A stretch of DNA of 64,000 nucleotides from NCBI GenBank assembly GCA_013824165.1, contig PNNH01000100.1, positions 26,917 to 90,916 on the forward strand, in the 5' to 3' direction. Made by a program: the position numbers and the translations under genes. Origin of the DNA: Methylibium sp. GTDB taxonomy: Bacteria > Pseudomonadota > Gammaproteobacteria > Burkholderiales > Burkholderiaceae_C. Within the stretch, counting starts at the first letter, position 1, and the number at the start of each line of letters is the position of its first letter. The notes beneath the pieces are model-generated. The model did not search any database and was not told the origin of the DNA. It worked only from the letters and a program-made list of their open reading frames with translations. Shown piece by piece: positions 18,810-27,755 of this stretch.

Positions 18810-19520
18810 TCAATCGCCGAACATCTTCTGCTTGAGCTCGCGCCGTTGCTGGGCTTCCAGCGACAGCGTGGCGGTCGGGCGGGCGATCAGCCGGCCCAGG
18901 CCAATGGGCTCGCCGGTTTCATCGCAGTAGCCGTACTCGCCGGTATCCAGGCGGGACAGCGACTGCATGATCTTCTTCAGCAGCTTGCGTTCACGGTCGC
19001 GCGTGCGCAGCTCCAGTGCATGCTCTTCCTCGATGGTGGCGCGATCGGCCGGATCAGGAACGATGGAGGTGTCTTCGCGCAGATGCTCGGTGGTTTCGCC
19101 GGCATTCGAGAGCACGCCGTCCTTCAGCTCGGTGAGCTTGGCGCGGAAGAACTCGATCTGCTTGTCGTTCATGTACTCCGACTCAGGCATGGCCAGCACT
19201 TCGGCATCGCTCAGGTCTTTGCCCGCCTTGGTCTTCCAGGCGTTGGCGAGTTTGGGGTCGGCTTTCACAGGGGTGCGGGGGCTTTCGATCTCGGGAGTAC
19301 TCATTTGTCGCGTTGGCGGCTTCGGGGGCGCAAATCGGTCAGCAAACCGGCTGCTGCCTTGGATAGGGGTTGCCGCCTCTAGGGTGGCCACGGATGACGG
19401 TTCGTGCACTTCGGCCTTGGGCTTGGGCGCTGCTTTGCCGGCCTTGGATGCCGGCCGCCCCTCGGCTGAGGCCTTGGGCGCCTGCGTCAGGGGGTTCTTT
19501 GGGGCCGGGGTCTTGCTCAC
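18810..19520 (-). CDS. dksA: DksA-family RNA polymerase-binding factor lacking the Cys4 zinc finger, with a Lys/Ala/Pro-rich N-terminal extension
   Basis: The DksA core reads MNDKQIEFFRAKLTELK...DRATIEEEHALELRTRDRERKLLKKI...GYCDETGEPIGLGRLIARPTATLSLEAQ. GTG 19520 is preceded by GAGGAG. ATG 19304 would give a canonical-length protein but has no SD. Confidence 0.85.
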   Translation of the reverse strand: MSKTPAPKNPLTQAPKASAEGRPASKAGKAAPKPKAEVHEPSSVATLEAATPIQGSSRFADRFAPPKPPTRQMSTPEIESPRTPVKADPKLANAWKTKAGKDLSDAEVLAMPESEYMNDKQIEFFRAKLTELKDGVLSNAGETTEHLREDTSIVPDPADRATIEEEHALELRTRDRERKLLKKIMQSLSRLDTGEYGYCDETGEPIGLGRLIARPTATLSLEAQQRRELKQKMFGD

Positions 19521-19661
19521 GTGTCGTCTCCTCGCTCAGGCTTCATGCCTGCGTTGCTCGGCTGGAATGCTGGGCATCCAGTGTGCGTGCGATACCGTCG
19601 GTTTTCGGGCGGGCGGATTGTAGCCACGCCATCCTGCATCTCTGCTGACGGACCGTTTCAA

Positions 19662-20717
19662 TCAAACGAGGCAGCCTTCCATGCCTTGTAGCAGGATGTC
19701 CTTGGGCAGATCAATGCCGATGAAAACCATTTTGCTCGTTCTTTTTTCGCCCGGCATCCATTTCGGGCCCAGATCTGAGCCCATCAGCTGGTGCACGCCC
19801 TGGAAGATCACCTTTTTATCGGTGCCCTTCATGTTCAGCACGCCCTTGTAGCGCAGCATCTTGGGGCCGTAGACCTGCACGATGGCGCCCAGGAAGTCTT
19901 CCAGCTTGGCCGGGTTGAAGGCGCGGTCAGAGCGGAACACGAAGGACTTCACGTCGTCATCGTGATGGTGATGGTGCGGGTGATCGCAATGCTCGCCATG
20001 CTCATGGTCGTGATCATGGTGGTGATCGTGACCGTGATCGTGATCGTGAGCGTCGTCCTTCAGAAAGTCGGGGTCGATCTCCAGCTTTGCATTCAGATTG
20101 AAGCCGCGCAGATCGAACACCTGGGCTAGCGCCACTTCGCCGAAATGGGCGGTCTGCACCGGCGCGCGCGGGTTCATGTGCTTGATGCGGTGGATCAGGG
20201 CCTCGACCGCGGCGGGCTCAACCAGATCGGCCTTGCTGATGAAGATCTGGTCGGCGAAGCCGATCTGGCGGCGCACTTCCTGGCGCGTGTCCAGCTGCTG
20301 CTCGGCATGCTTGGCATCGACCAGGGTCAGGATGGAGTCCAGCAGGTAGCTCTCGGCGATCTCGTCGTCCATGAAGAAGGTCTGCGCCACCGGGCCGGGG
20401 TCGGCCAGGCCGGTAGTCTCGATGATGACGCGGTCGAAATCGAGCTCGCCCTTGCGCCGCTTGGCGGCGAGATCGGACAGCGTGGTGCGCAGGTCTTCGC
20501 GGATGGTGCAGCAGACGCAGCCGTTGCTCATCTGGATGATCTGCTCGGTGGTCTCGGCCACCAGGATGTCGTTGTCGATGTTCTCTTCGCCGAACTCGTT
20601 CTCGATCACCGCGATCTTCTGGCCGTGGCTCTCCTGCAGCACGCGCTTGAGCAGGGTGGTCTTGCCTGAGCCCAGGAAGCCGGTGAGGATGGTGGCGGGA
20701 ATGAGACCTTGTGACAT
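19662..20717 (-). CDS. COG0523-family metallochaperone GTPase (CobW/ZigA/YeiR-like) with His-rich insert
   Basis: It has the P-loop GFLGSGKTTLL, the CxCC metal motif NGCVCCT and a His-rich stretch HDHDHGHDHHHDHDHEHGEHCDHPHHHHH. Start is ATG 20717; ATG 20756 is an alternative. Confidence 0.9.
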   Translation of the reverse strand: MSQGLIPATILTGFLGSGKTTLLKRVLQESHGQKIAVIENEFGEENIDNDILVAETTEQIIQMSNGCVCCTIREDLRTTLSDLAAKRRKGELDFDRVIIETTGLADPGPVAQTFFMDDEIAESYLLDSILTLVDAKHAEQQLDTRQEVRRQIGFADQIFISKADLVEPAAVEALIHRIKHMNPRAPVQTAHFGEVALAQVFDLRGFNLNAKLEIDPDFLKDDAHDHDHGHDHHHDHDHEHGEHCDHPHHHHHDDDVKSFVFRSDRAFNPAKLEDFLGAIVQVYGPKMLRYKGVLNMKGTDKKVIFQGVHQLMGSDLGPKWMPGEKRTSKMVFIGIDLPKDILLQGMEGCLV

Positions 20718-20838
20718 GGTGTGATGCTCGAGAGACAGTGGCAGACCGGCCGCCATATTGGGGCGGCTGACTGTGGTGCAAGCGCTGGGCGATGTCAATC
20801 GGTTATTCTGTGCGTTCCTCAACTGCGACACGAAGCCT

Positions 20839-21717
20839 GTGTCTGAACCTCAGCCTAGTCGCCCCTCCAAGGGAGGGGGCTCGAAAAGTGCCGCGAATCG
20901 CGGGCTGCTCGACCGCATGTTGGAATTCCTCCATCCCGGACCGGACTCCACCCGCGAACTGATTGAAACCCTGGCCGAGGCAGAAGCGCGCGAGCTGATC
21001 GCGCCCGAGTCGCGCCTGATGCTCGAAGGTGTGCTTCACATGGCCGAGCTCAGTGCCGGCGATGTGATGGTGGCCGCGCCGCGCATGGACTTGCTCGACA
21101 TCGAGGCCCCTTACGAAGAACTGCTGGGCCTGGTTATCGACACCGGGCACTCGCGCTTCCCGGTCTTCGAGGGCGGACGTGACAACATCATAGGCATCCT
21201 GCTGGCCAAGGATCTGTTGAAGATCCAGCGGGCGCCGGAATTGAATTTGCGCGCCTTGCTCCGCCCGGCCGTCTTCGTGCCGGAGAGCAAGGGCCTGAAC
21301 GAGTTGCTGCGCGACTTCCGCTCCAACCGCAACCATCTGGCGATCGTGATCGACGAGTTCGGCAACACCGCCGGCCTGATCACCATCGAGGACGTGCTGG
21401 AGGAGATCGTCGGCGAGATCGAGGACGAGTTCGACGACAAGGACGGCGAGTCCAGCATCTACACCCTGGCCGATGGCAGCCAGCGCGTCGCGGGTGATAC
21501 CGCCATTGCTGCTGTCAACCAGGCCTTCACGGTGCAGCTGCCGGAGCAAGACTTCGACACCATCGGCGGCCTGGTGGCGCATGAGCATGGCCGCGTGCCG
21601 CGCCGCGGCGAGGCGGTCGAGGTGGGCGGGCTGAAGTTTGCGGTGATGCTGACGCGCGGCGGCGCCGTGCGCTGGTTCAAGGTCACCCGCGCGCCTGTCG
21701 CGCAAGACAAGAGCTGA
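20839..21717 (+). CDS. corC: CorC/HlyC-family Mg/Co efflux-associated protein (CBS pair + CorC_HlyC domain)
   Basis: The protein contains LMLEGVLHMAELSAGDVMVAAPRM, FPVFEGGRDNIIGILLAKDLL and NHLAIVIDEFGNTAGLITIEDVLEEIVGEIEDEFD. The start is uncertain; GTG 20839 was chosen and the track ORF begins at TTG 20758. Confidence 0.85.
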   Translation: MSEPQPSRPSKGGGSKSAANRGLLDRMLEFLHPGPDSTRELIETLAEAEARELIAPESRLMLEGVLHMAELSAGDVMVAAPRMDLLDIEAPYEELLGLVIDTGHSRFPVFEGGRDNIIGILLAKDLLKIQRAPELNLRALLRPAVFVPESKGLNELLRDFRSNRNHLAIVIDEFGNTAGLITIEDVLEEIVGEIEDEFDDKDGESSIYTLADGSQRVAGDTAIAAVNQAFTVQLPEQDFDTIGGLVAHEHGRVPRRGEAVEVGGLKFAVMLTRGGAVRWFKVTRAPVAQDKS

Positions 21718-23186
21718 TGCGTCGGCGCTTCCTGCTGGCAGCGCTGGCTGCCGGGGTGCTGCATACCGCATCCTTCGCCCCCTTTGACGCCTGGTGGCTG
21801 CAGCTGATGGCGCTGGCCTGGCTGGCGCATCTGAGCTGGGGCGCCAGCCCGCGCCGTGCCGCCGCCATCGGCGGCATGTTCGGGCTGGGCTGGATGGTCT
21901 CCGGCCTGTGGTGGCTGCACATCAGCATGCACCAGTACGGCCATCTGCCCTGGCTGCTGGCGGCTGCCGCCGTGCTGCTGCTGGCGGCCTTCCTGGCCGG
22001 CTACTACGCGCTGGCACTGGCGCTGGCGTCCTGGTTGCGCGGCCGTGGCGGGCCTTGGCATGCACTGACCTGGGCCAGCTGCTGGCTGCTGGCCGAGCTG
22101 GCGCGCGCCACGCTGTTCAGCGGTTTCCCGTGGATTGCCAGCGGCTATGCGCACACCAGCGGCCTGCTGCAGCCCTGGGCTCCCTGGGTCGGCGTCTATG
22201 GCATCACGGCACTGGCCGCCGCCGCTGCCGCTGCCTTCGCGGCGCTGTCGCGGCAGCACTGGCAGCCTGCCGCCGTTGTGATGGGGCTGCTGCTGGTAGG
22301 GCAATTGCTGCCGCAGGACTTCACGCGCAGTAGCGGCAGCCTGCGGGTCTCGCTGTTGCAGCCCAATGTGCCGCAGGACCAGAAGTTCGACCGCGAGCGC
22401 ATCGCCGCCAATATGGAGTTGCTGGCGCGCCAGATCGAAGCGGCCCGCGGCCAGTTGGTGGTGACGCCGGAATCGGTGGTGCCCCTGCCGCTGTCCTATC
22501 TGCCGCGCGAGTATCTGGAGCGCCTGATGCGTGCGGCGCAGCGGCGACCGGTGCTGCTGGGCGTCTTCCTGGGCGATGAGCAGAAGGGCTATGTCAATTC
22601 GCTGCTGGCGCTGGCGCCCGGCGCCAAGACCCCTTACGCCTACGGCAAGCGTCACCTGCTGCCCTTCGGCGAGTTCATCCCGCCGGGCTTCCACTGGTTT
22701 GTCAGCGCTATGCGCATCCCCATGGACGATCAGGCCCGTGGCGACCACCAGCATCCCTTCAGCGTCGCCGGTCAGCGCCTGCGGCCGCTGATCTGCTACG
22801 AGGATTTGTTCGGCGAAGACTTCGTCGACAGCGTGCAGGACAGTGAGAGCGCGGCCACCGTGCTGATCAATGTCAGCAACCTGGCCTGGTTCGGCACGCT
22901 GATGGTGCAGGACCAGCATCTGCAGTTCTCGCAGATGCGGGCGCTGGAGTTCCAGCGCCCCTTCATCCGTGCCACCAATACCGGTGCGACCGCGGTGCTG
23001 GACCACAAGGGCAAGGTCGTCGCACGCCTGCCTGCTGCGCGCACCGCGCTGCTGGAGGCCAGCGTCGAGGGCCGCAGCGGCAGCACGCCCTATGCGCGCT
23101 GGCTGGCGCGCCTGGGCCTGTGGCCCTTGGGCGTGCTGGCTGCGGTCTGCCTGCTGGCCGCCTGGCTGCGCCGCCGCGCCTCGTAG
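21717..23186 (+). CDS. lnt: Apolipoprotein N-acyltransferase
   Basis: It has an N-terminal polytopic region and a CN-hydrolase domain (LVVTPES, ICYEDLF, INVSNLAWFG). It sits in the corC-lnt context typical of proteobacteria. Confidence 0.9.
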   Translation: MRRRFLLAALAAGVLHTASFAPFDAWWLQLMALAWLAHLSWGASPRRAAAIGGMFGLGWMVSGLWWLHISMHQYGHLPWLLAAAAVLLLAAFLAGYYALALALASWLRGRGGPWHALTWASCWLLAELARATLFSGFPWIASGYAHTSGLLQPWAPWVGVYGITALAAAAAAAFAALSRQHWQPAAVVMGLLLVGQLLPQDFTRSSGSLRVSLLQPNVPQDQKFDRERIAANMELLARQIEAARGQLVVTPESVVPLPLSYLPREYLERLMRAAQRRPVLLGVFLGDEQKGYVNSLLALAPGAKTPYAYGKRHLLPFGEFIPPGFHWFVSAMRIPMDDQARGDHQHPFSVAGQRLRPLICYEDLFGEDFVDSVQDSESAATVLINVSNLAWFGTLMVQDQHLQFSQMRALEFQRPFIRATNTGATAVLDHKGKVVARLPAARTALLEASVEGRSGSTPYARWLARLGLWPLGVLAAVCLLAAWLRRRAS

Positions 23187-23225
23187 AATCGGGCCCTTGT
23201 GCCCCTCACCGACAGACACGCATCC

Positions 23226-24155
23226 ATGCTGAGCTTCCAGCAAATCATTCTGACCCTGCAGGACTACTGGTCCAAGCAGGGCTGCGCCCTGCTGCAACCC
23301 TATGACATGGAGGTCGGCGCCGGCACCAGCCATACCGCGACCTTTCTGCGCGCGCTCGGCCCCGAGCCCTGGAAGGCTGCCTATGTGCAGCCCAGCCGCC
23401 GCCCCAAGGACGGCCGCTATGGCGACAACCCCAACCGCCTGCAGCACTACTACCAGTTTCAGGTGGTGCTCAAGCCCGCGCCGGCCAACATCCTGGAGCT
23501 CTATCTGGGTTCCCTGGAAGCGCTGGGCTTCGATCTGAAGAAGAACGATGTGCGCTTCGTCGAGGACGACTGGGAGAACCCCACGCTCGGCTGCTGGGGT
23601 TTGGGCTGGGAAGTCTGGCTCAACGGCATGGAAGTGACGCAGTTCACCTACTTCCAGCAGGTGGGCGGCATCGACTGCAAGCCCATCACCGGCGAGATCA
23701 CCTATGGCCTTGAGCGCCTGGCCATGTATCTGCAGGGCAAGGAATCGGTCTATGACCTGGAGTACACGCCAGGGCTGAGCTATGGCGATGTGTTCCACCA
23801 GAACGAGGTGGAACAGTCGACCTACAACTTCGAGCACAGCGATGTGGACTTCCTGCTCACGGCATTCGCCGCGCACGAGCGCAAGTCCAAGGAACTGATG
23901 GACGTGCAGCTGGCGCTGCCGGCGTACGAGCAACTGCTCAAGGCCGGCCACACCTTCAACCTGCTGGACGCCCGCGGCGCGATCAGCGTGACCGAGCGCG
24001 CTGCCTATATCGGCCGCATCCGCAATCTGGCACGCGCCGTGGCGCAGAGCTATCTCGACAGCCGTGCGCGCCTGGGCTTCCCGATGGCGCCCAAGGCCTG
24101 GGCTGACGAAGTGGTTGCCCAGATCGCAAAGAAGAACGAGAAGAAGGCCGCCTGA
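23226..24155 (+). CDS. glyQ: Glycine--tRNA ligase alpha subunit
   Basis: The protein starts [49 protein letters not shown]. Confidence 0.97.
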   Translation: MLSFQQIILTLQDYWSKQGCALLQPYDMEVGAGTSHTATFLRALGPEPWKAAYVQPSRRPKDGRYGDNPNRLQHYYQFQVVLKPAPANILELYLGSLEALGFDLKKNDVRFVEDDWENPTLGCWGLGWEVWLNGMEVTQFTYFQQVGGIDCKPITGEITYGLERLAMYLQGKESVYDLEYTPGLSYGDVFHQNEVEQSTYNFEHSDVDFLLTAFAAHERKSKELMDVQLALPAYEQLLKAGHTFNLLDARGAISVTERAAYIGRIRNLARAVAQSYLDSRARLGFPMAPKAWADEVVAQIAKKNEKKAA

Positions 24156-24158
24156 GTC

Positions 24159-26270
24159 ATGACTAGCGCATCGAACAAGAACCTGCTGCTTGAACTGTTC
24201 GTCGAAGAACTGCCACCCAAGGCGCTGAAGAAGCTGGGCGAGGCCTTTGCCGCGGTGCTGGCCGACAGCCTGAAGGCGCAGGGCTTGGCGGCTGCGGATG
24301 CCGTGGCCACGCCTTTCGCATCGCCGCGCCGCTTGGCCATGCACCTGACTGATGTGGCGCCGAAGGCGGCGGACCGCTCGGTGCAGCAGAAGCTGATGCC
24401 GGTGGCGGTGGCGCTGGATGCCAGCGGCAACGCCACACCCGCGCTGCTGAAGAAGCTGGCTGGCGTCGGCGCCGATGCATCTGTCGTGCCGCAGCTCAAG
24501 AAGCTTCCTGATGGCAAGGCCGAGGCCTTGTTCCTGGACATGGTGGTGCCCGGTGTGGCGCTGGCCGAGGGCCTGCAAAAGGCGCTGGACGAGGCGCTGG
24601 CCAAGCTGCCCATCCCCAAGGTCATGACCTACCAGCTGGCCGATGGCTGGAGCGATGTGAAGTTCGTGCGCCCAGCACACAGCCTGCTGGCGCTGCATGG
24701 TGCCGATGTGGTGCAGGTCTATGCGCTGGGCCTGAACGCCGGCCGCGAGACGCGCGGCCATCGTTTCGAGGCGGCGGTCGAGCGCCTGCAGATCGAGTCG
24801 GCCGATAGCTATGCCCAGCAACTGGCCGAGCAGGGCGCTGTGATCGCCAGCTTCACCGAGCGGCGCGCCGAGTTGCTGCGCCAGCTGCAGGCCGCAGCTG
24901 CCAAGGAGGGCCTGACGCCGATCGAGGACGAAGCCCTGCTGGATGAGGTGACGGCCCTGGTCGAGCGCCCCAATGTGCTGACCTGCCAGTTCGAGACCGA
25001 GTTCCTCACCGTGCCGCAGGAATGCCTGATCCTGACGATGAAGGCCAACCAGAAGTACTTCCCGCTGCTGGACGGCGAAGGCCGTCTGACGCACAAGTTC
25101 CTGGTGGTCTCCAACATCAAGCCGGCTGACGCCAGTGCGGTGATCGGCGGCAACGAGCGGGTGGTGCGCCCGCGCCTGTCGGACGCCAAGTTCTTCTTCG
25201 ACCAGGACCGCAAGAAGAGCCTGGCCGACCGGGTGCCAGGTCTTGCCAAGGTGGTCTATCACGGCAAGCTGGGCACGCAAGGCGAGCGTGTCGACCGGGT
25301 GCGCGCGATTGCCAAGGCCATCGCCGAGATGCTGGGCGGCGGCGCGCTGAGCGCGCAGGTCGATCAGGCGGCGCATCTGGCCAAGGCCGATCTGCTGACC
25401 GATATGGTGGGCGAGTTCCCCGAGCTGCAAGGCATCATGGGCGGCTACTACGCGCGCCATGACGGCCTCGCCGAGGCAGTGGCCTTCGCGATCGAGGACC
25501 ACTACAAGCCGCGCTTTGCCGGCGATGAGCTGCCACGCAATGAGGTGGGACTGATCGTCGCGCTGGCCGACAAGCTGGAAACCCTGGTGGGCCTGTTCGG
25601 CATCGGCCAGCTGCCCACCGGCGACAAGGACCCGTTCGCGCTGCGTCGTCATGCGCTGGGCGTGGTGCGCATGCTGTCCGAACGGGCGGGCTCGCTGGGC
25701 CTGGACGCTTTGATCCAGGCGGCAGTGCCGGCCTTTGGTAGCCAGATCCAGGACCCGACCGCCGCATTGGCCGAGTTCATCTTCGACCGCCTCGCCGGCG
25801 CTCTGCGCGAGCAGGGCTACAGCGCCAAGGAAGTCGATGCCGTGCTGGCGCTGCGCCCGCAGCGCTTGGCCGATGTGGGCCAGCGCCTGGCTGCGGTACG
25901 CACTTTCGCCGCGCTGCCCGAGGCCGAATCGCTGGCTGCGGCCAACAAGCGCATAGCCAACATCCTGAAGAAGGTCGAGACCCCGGTCGAGGCACGCATC
26001 GATGCGGCGCTGCTGACCGAGGCGGCCGAGCAGCATCTGGCCACCGCGCTGAAGAATGTGCAGCCCATCGCCGACAGCCTGTTCCATGCCGGCCAGTACG
26101 AAGCCTCGCTGCGCGAGCTGGCGATGCTGAAAGGCCCGGTGGATGCCTTCTTCGACGGTGTGATGGTGAATGCCGAAGACCCGGCGCTGCGCGCCAACCG
26201 CCTGGGCCTGCTGAAGACCCTGCATGAGGCGATGAACCGCGTGGCCGACCTCTCGCGTCTGGCGAGCTGA
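24159..26270 (+). CDS. glyS: Glycine--tRNA ligase beta subunit
   Basis: The protein is 703 aa and contains LLLELFVEELPPKAL and FPELQGIMGGYYA. It lies directly after glyQ. Confidence 0.95.
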   Translation: MTSASNKNLLLELFVEELPPKALKKLGEAFAAVLADSLKAQGLAAADAVATPFASPRRLAMHLTDVAPKAADRSVQQKLMPVAVALDASGNATPALLKKLAGVGADASVVPQLKKLPDGKAEALFLDMVVPGVALAEGLQKALDEALAKLPIPKVMTYQLADGWSDVKFVRPAHSLLALHGADVVQVYALGLNAGRETRGHRFEAAVERLQIESADSYAQQLAEQGAVIASFTERRAELLRQLQAAAAKEGLTPIEDEALLDEVTALVERPNVLTCQFETEFLTVPQECLILTMKANQKYFPLLDGEGRLTHKFLVVSNIKPADASAVIGGNERVVRPRLSDAKFFFDQDRKKSLADRVPGLAKVVYHGKLGTQGERVDRVRAIAKAIAEMLGGGALSAQVDQAAHLAKADLLTDMVGEFPELQGIMGGYYARHDGLAEAVAFAIEDHYKPRFAGDELPRNEVGLIVALADKLETLVGLFGIGQLPTGDKDPFALRRHALGVVRMLSERAGSLGLDALIQAAVPAFGSQIQDPTAALAEFIFDRLAGALREQGYSAKEVDAVLALRPQRLADVGQRLAAVRTFAALPEAESLAAANKRIANILKKVETPVEARIDAALLTEAAEQHLATALKNVQPIADSLFHAGQYEASLRELAMLKGPVDAFFDGVMVNAEDPALRANRLGLLKTLHEAMNRVADLSRLAS

Positions 26271-26323
26271 AGCAAGCAGACTGAACAAGGACAGCGACGA
26301 TGCGCTCCGAACACGGCCACAGC

Positions 26324-26947
26324 ATGAAACTCGTCATCCTGGGCCGTGACGGGACCATCAACCGCTACCGCGACGACCATGTGAAGTCGGTCGAAGAGCT
26401 GCAGCCCTTGCCGGGTGCGCTGGAAGCCGTGGCGCGCCTGAATCATGCGGGCTGGCACACGGTGATGGCCACCAACCAGCCCGGCATCGGCCGCGGCCTG
26501 CTGGACATGGCCTCGCTGAACGCGGTGCATATGCGGCTGAACCAGCTGCTGGCCGAGAAGGGCGGGCGCCTGGATGCGGCCTTCTTCTGCCCGCATACGC
26601 CGGAAGAGTCCTGCAATTGCCGCAAGCCTTTGCCTGGCCTGCTGATCCAGATTGGCGAGCGCTTTGGCGTGGCCCTGTCCCAGGTGCATATGGTCGGCGC
26701 CTCGCTGCGCGATCTGCAGACGGCCCAGGCGGCGGGCTGCCATCCGCACCTGGTGCTGAGCGACCGGCTCGGCTCGATGAGCGAAGAGCAGTTGAGCGCC
26801 ATGCTGGCGCAGGTGCCCGGCGCCCGCGTGCATGCCAGTCTGGCGGCCTTCGCTGAGGACCTGATCCAACAGGAGCGCCGCGCCAGGGCCACGGCGCGTG
26901 GCGAAGTGCTGACGCCCGACACAAGTGCCGGAGATCTGGACGAATGA
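26324..26947 (+). CDS. gmhB: GmhB-like HAD-IIIA protein (D,D-heptose 1,7-bisphosphate phosphatase homologue) with both catalytic Asp positions substituted
   Basis: Overall similarity to GmhB is clear (ATNQPGIGRG, Zn motif CPHTPEESCNCRKPLPG). Motif I reads LGRDGT instead of LDRDGT, and motif IV reads VGASLRD instead of VGDSLRD. The gene sits in the conserved glyQS-gmhB-plsC context. Confidence 0.8.
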   Translation: MKLVILGRDGTINRYRDDHVKSVEELQPLPGALEAVARLNHAGWHTVMATNQPGIGRGLLDMASLNAVHMRLNQLLAEKGGRLDAAFFCPHTPEESCNCRKPLPGLLIQIGERFGVALSQVHMVGASLRDLQTAQAAGCHPHLVLSDRLGSMSEEQLSAMLAQVPGARVHASLAAFAEDLIQQERRARATARGEVLTPDTSAGDLDE

Positions 26948-27738
26948 TGATGTTGCTCGTGTCGGCGCTGCGCTCGCTGATCTTCGTGCTGTGGATGACC
27001 TTGACCGTCATTCCCTGGGCGCTCGGTGTGCTGCTGATCTCCGTGTTCGCCCGCGGCGATACCGTTTACTGGGCCTGTGTCGGCTGGCTGCGCCTAGCGA
27101 TTGCCGGGGCGCGCGTTATTTGCGGCGTCAGCTATCGCGTGCATGGCATGGACAACCTGCCCACCGCCCAGGACAAGACCTCGGCCGTGGTGCTGCTGGC
27201 CAAGCACCAGAGCACTTTCGAGACCTTTGCCTTGCCCACCATCATGAGCCACCCGATGGCCTATGTGTTCAAGCGCGAGCTGCTCTACGTGCCCTTCTTC
27301 GGCTGGGCCATGGCGCGCATGGACATGATCCACATCGACCGCAGCCGCCGCTCCGAGGCCTGGGCCAAGGTGGCTGCGCAAGGCAAGCGACTGGCCGAGA
27401 TGGGCCACTGGGTGATCATGTTCCCGGAAGGCACGCGCATCGCGCGCGGTGAGAAGGGTGAATACAAGACCGGCGGCACCCGGCTGGCGATTGCAACCGG
27501 CACGCCGGTTGTGCCGATCGCCGTCAACTCGGCGCGCTGCTGGCCGCGCAAGAGCTTCCTGCTGCGCCCGGGCGTGGTCGATATCTCGATCGGAGCGCCT
27601 ATCGCTTCGGTGGACCGCAAGCCGGGCGAGCTGATGGAAGAGGTGGAGGCCTGGATCGAGGCCGAGATGCGCCGCATCGATCCTGAGGCTTATGGGGAGC
27701 AGCGCTGCCCGTCCCTGGCCGAGACCGCCAGCGCCTGA
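26944..27738 (+). CDS. plsC: 1-acyl-sn-glycerol-3-phosphate acyltransferase
   Basis: It has an N-terminal TM segment, the acyltransferase motif AKHQSTFETF, and FPEGTR. The start overlaps the gmhB stop. Confidence 0.88.
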   Translation: MMMLLVSALRSLIFVLWMTLTVIPWALGVLLISVFARGDTVYWACVGWLRLAIAGARVICGVSYRVHGMDNLPTAQDKTSAVVLLAKHQSTFETFALPTIMSHPMAYVFKRELLYVPFFGWAMARMDMIHIDRSRRSEAWAKVAAQGKRLAEMGHWVIMFPEGTRIARGEKGEYKTGGTRLAIATGTPVVPIAVNSARCWPRKSFLLRPGVVDISIGAPIASVDRKPGELMEEVEAWIEAEMRRIDPEAYGEQRCPSLAETASA

Positions 27739-27755
27739 TCGACGCCTCCTCGGCC

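Noticed and set aside
19961-20060. A repetitive GTGATC/GTGATG-rich DNA tract.
   Set aside because: It is explained by the His/Asp-rich loop (HDHDHGHDHHHDHDHEH...HHHHH) of the COG0523 protein. It is not an independent repeat element or a CRISPR-like array.
20718-20838. A search for a Zur box upstream of the COG0523 GTPase, in the region divergent with corC.
   Set aside because: There is no GTTAT...ATAAC-type AT-rich palindrome. Only a lone GGTTATTC is present. Zinc regulation therefore remains unproven, as stated in the DksA finding.
21459-26288. A 1609-aa minus-strand ORF spanning lnt, glyQ and glyS.
   Set aside because: It is antisense to three strongly recognisable plus-strand genes and crosses their intergenic gaps. 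Its translation is Arg/Ala/Gly/Gln/His/Leu-rich low-complexity sequence with no recognisable motif. In DNA this GC-rich, stop codons are rare in the antisense frame of genes with G/C at third positions. I treat it as a composition artefact. Ribosome profiling would be the only way to revive it.
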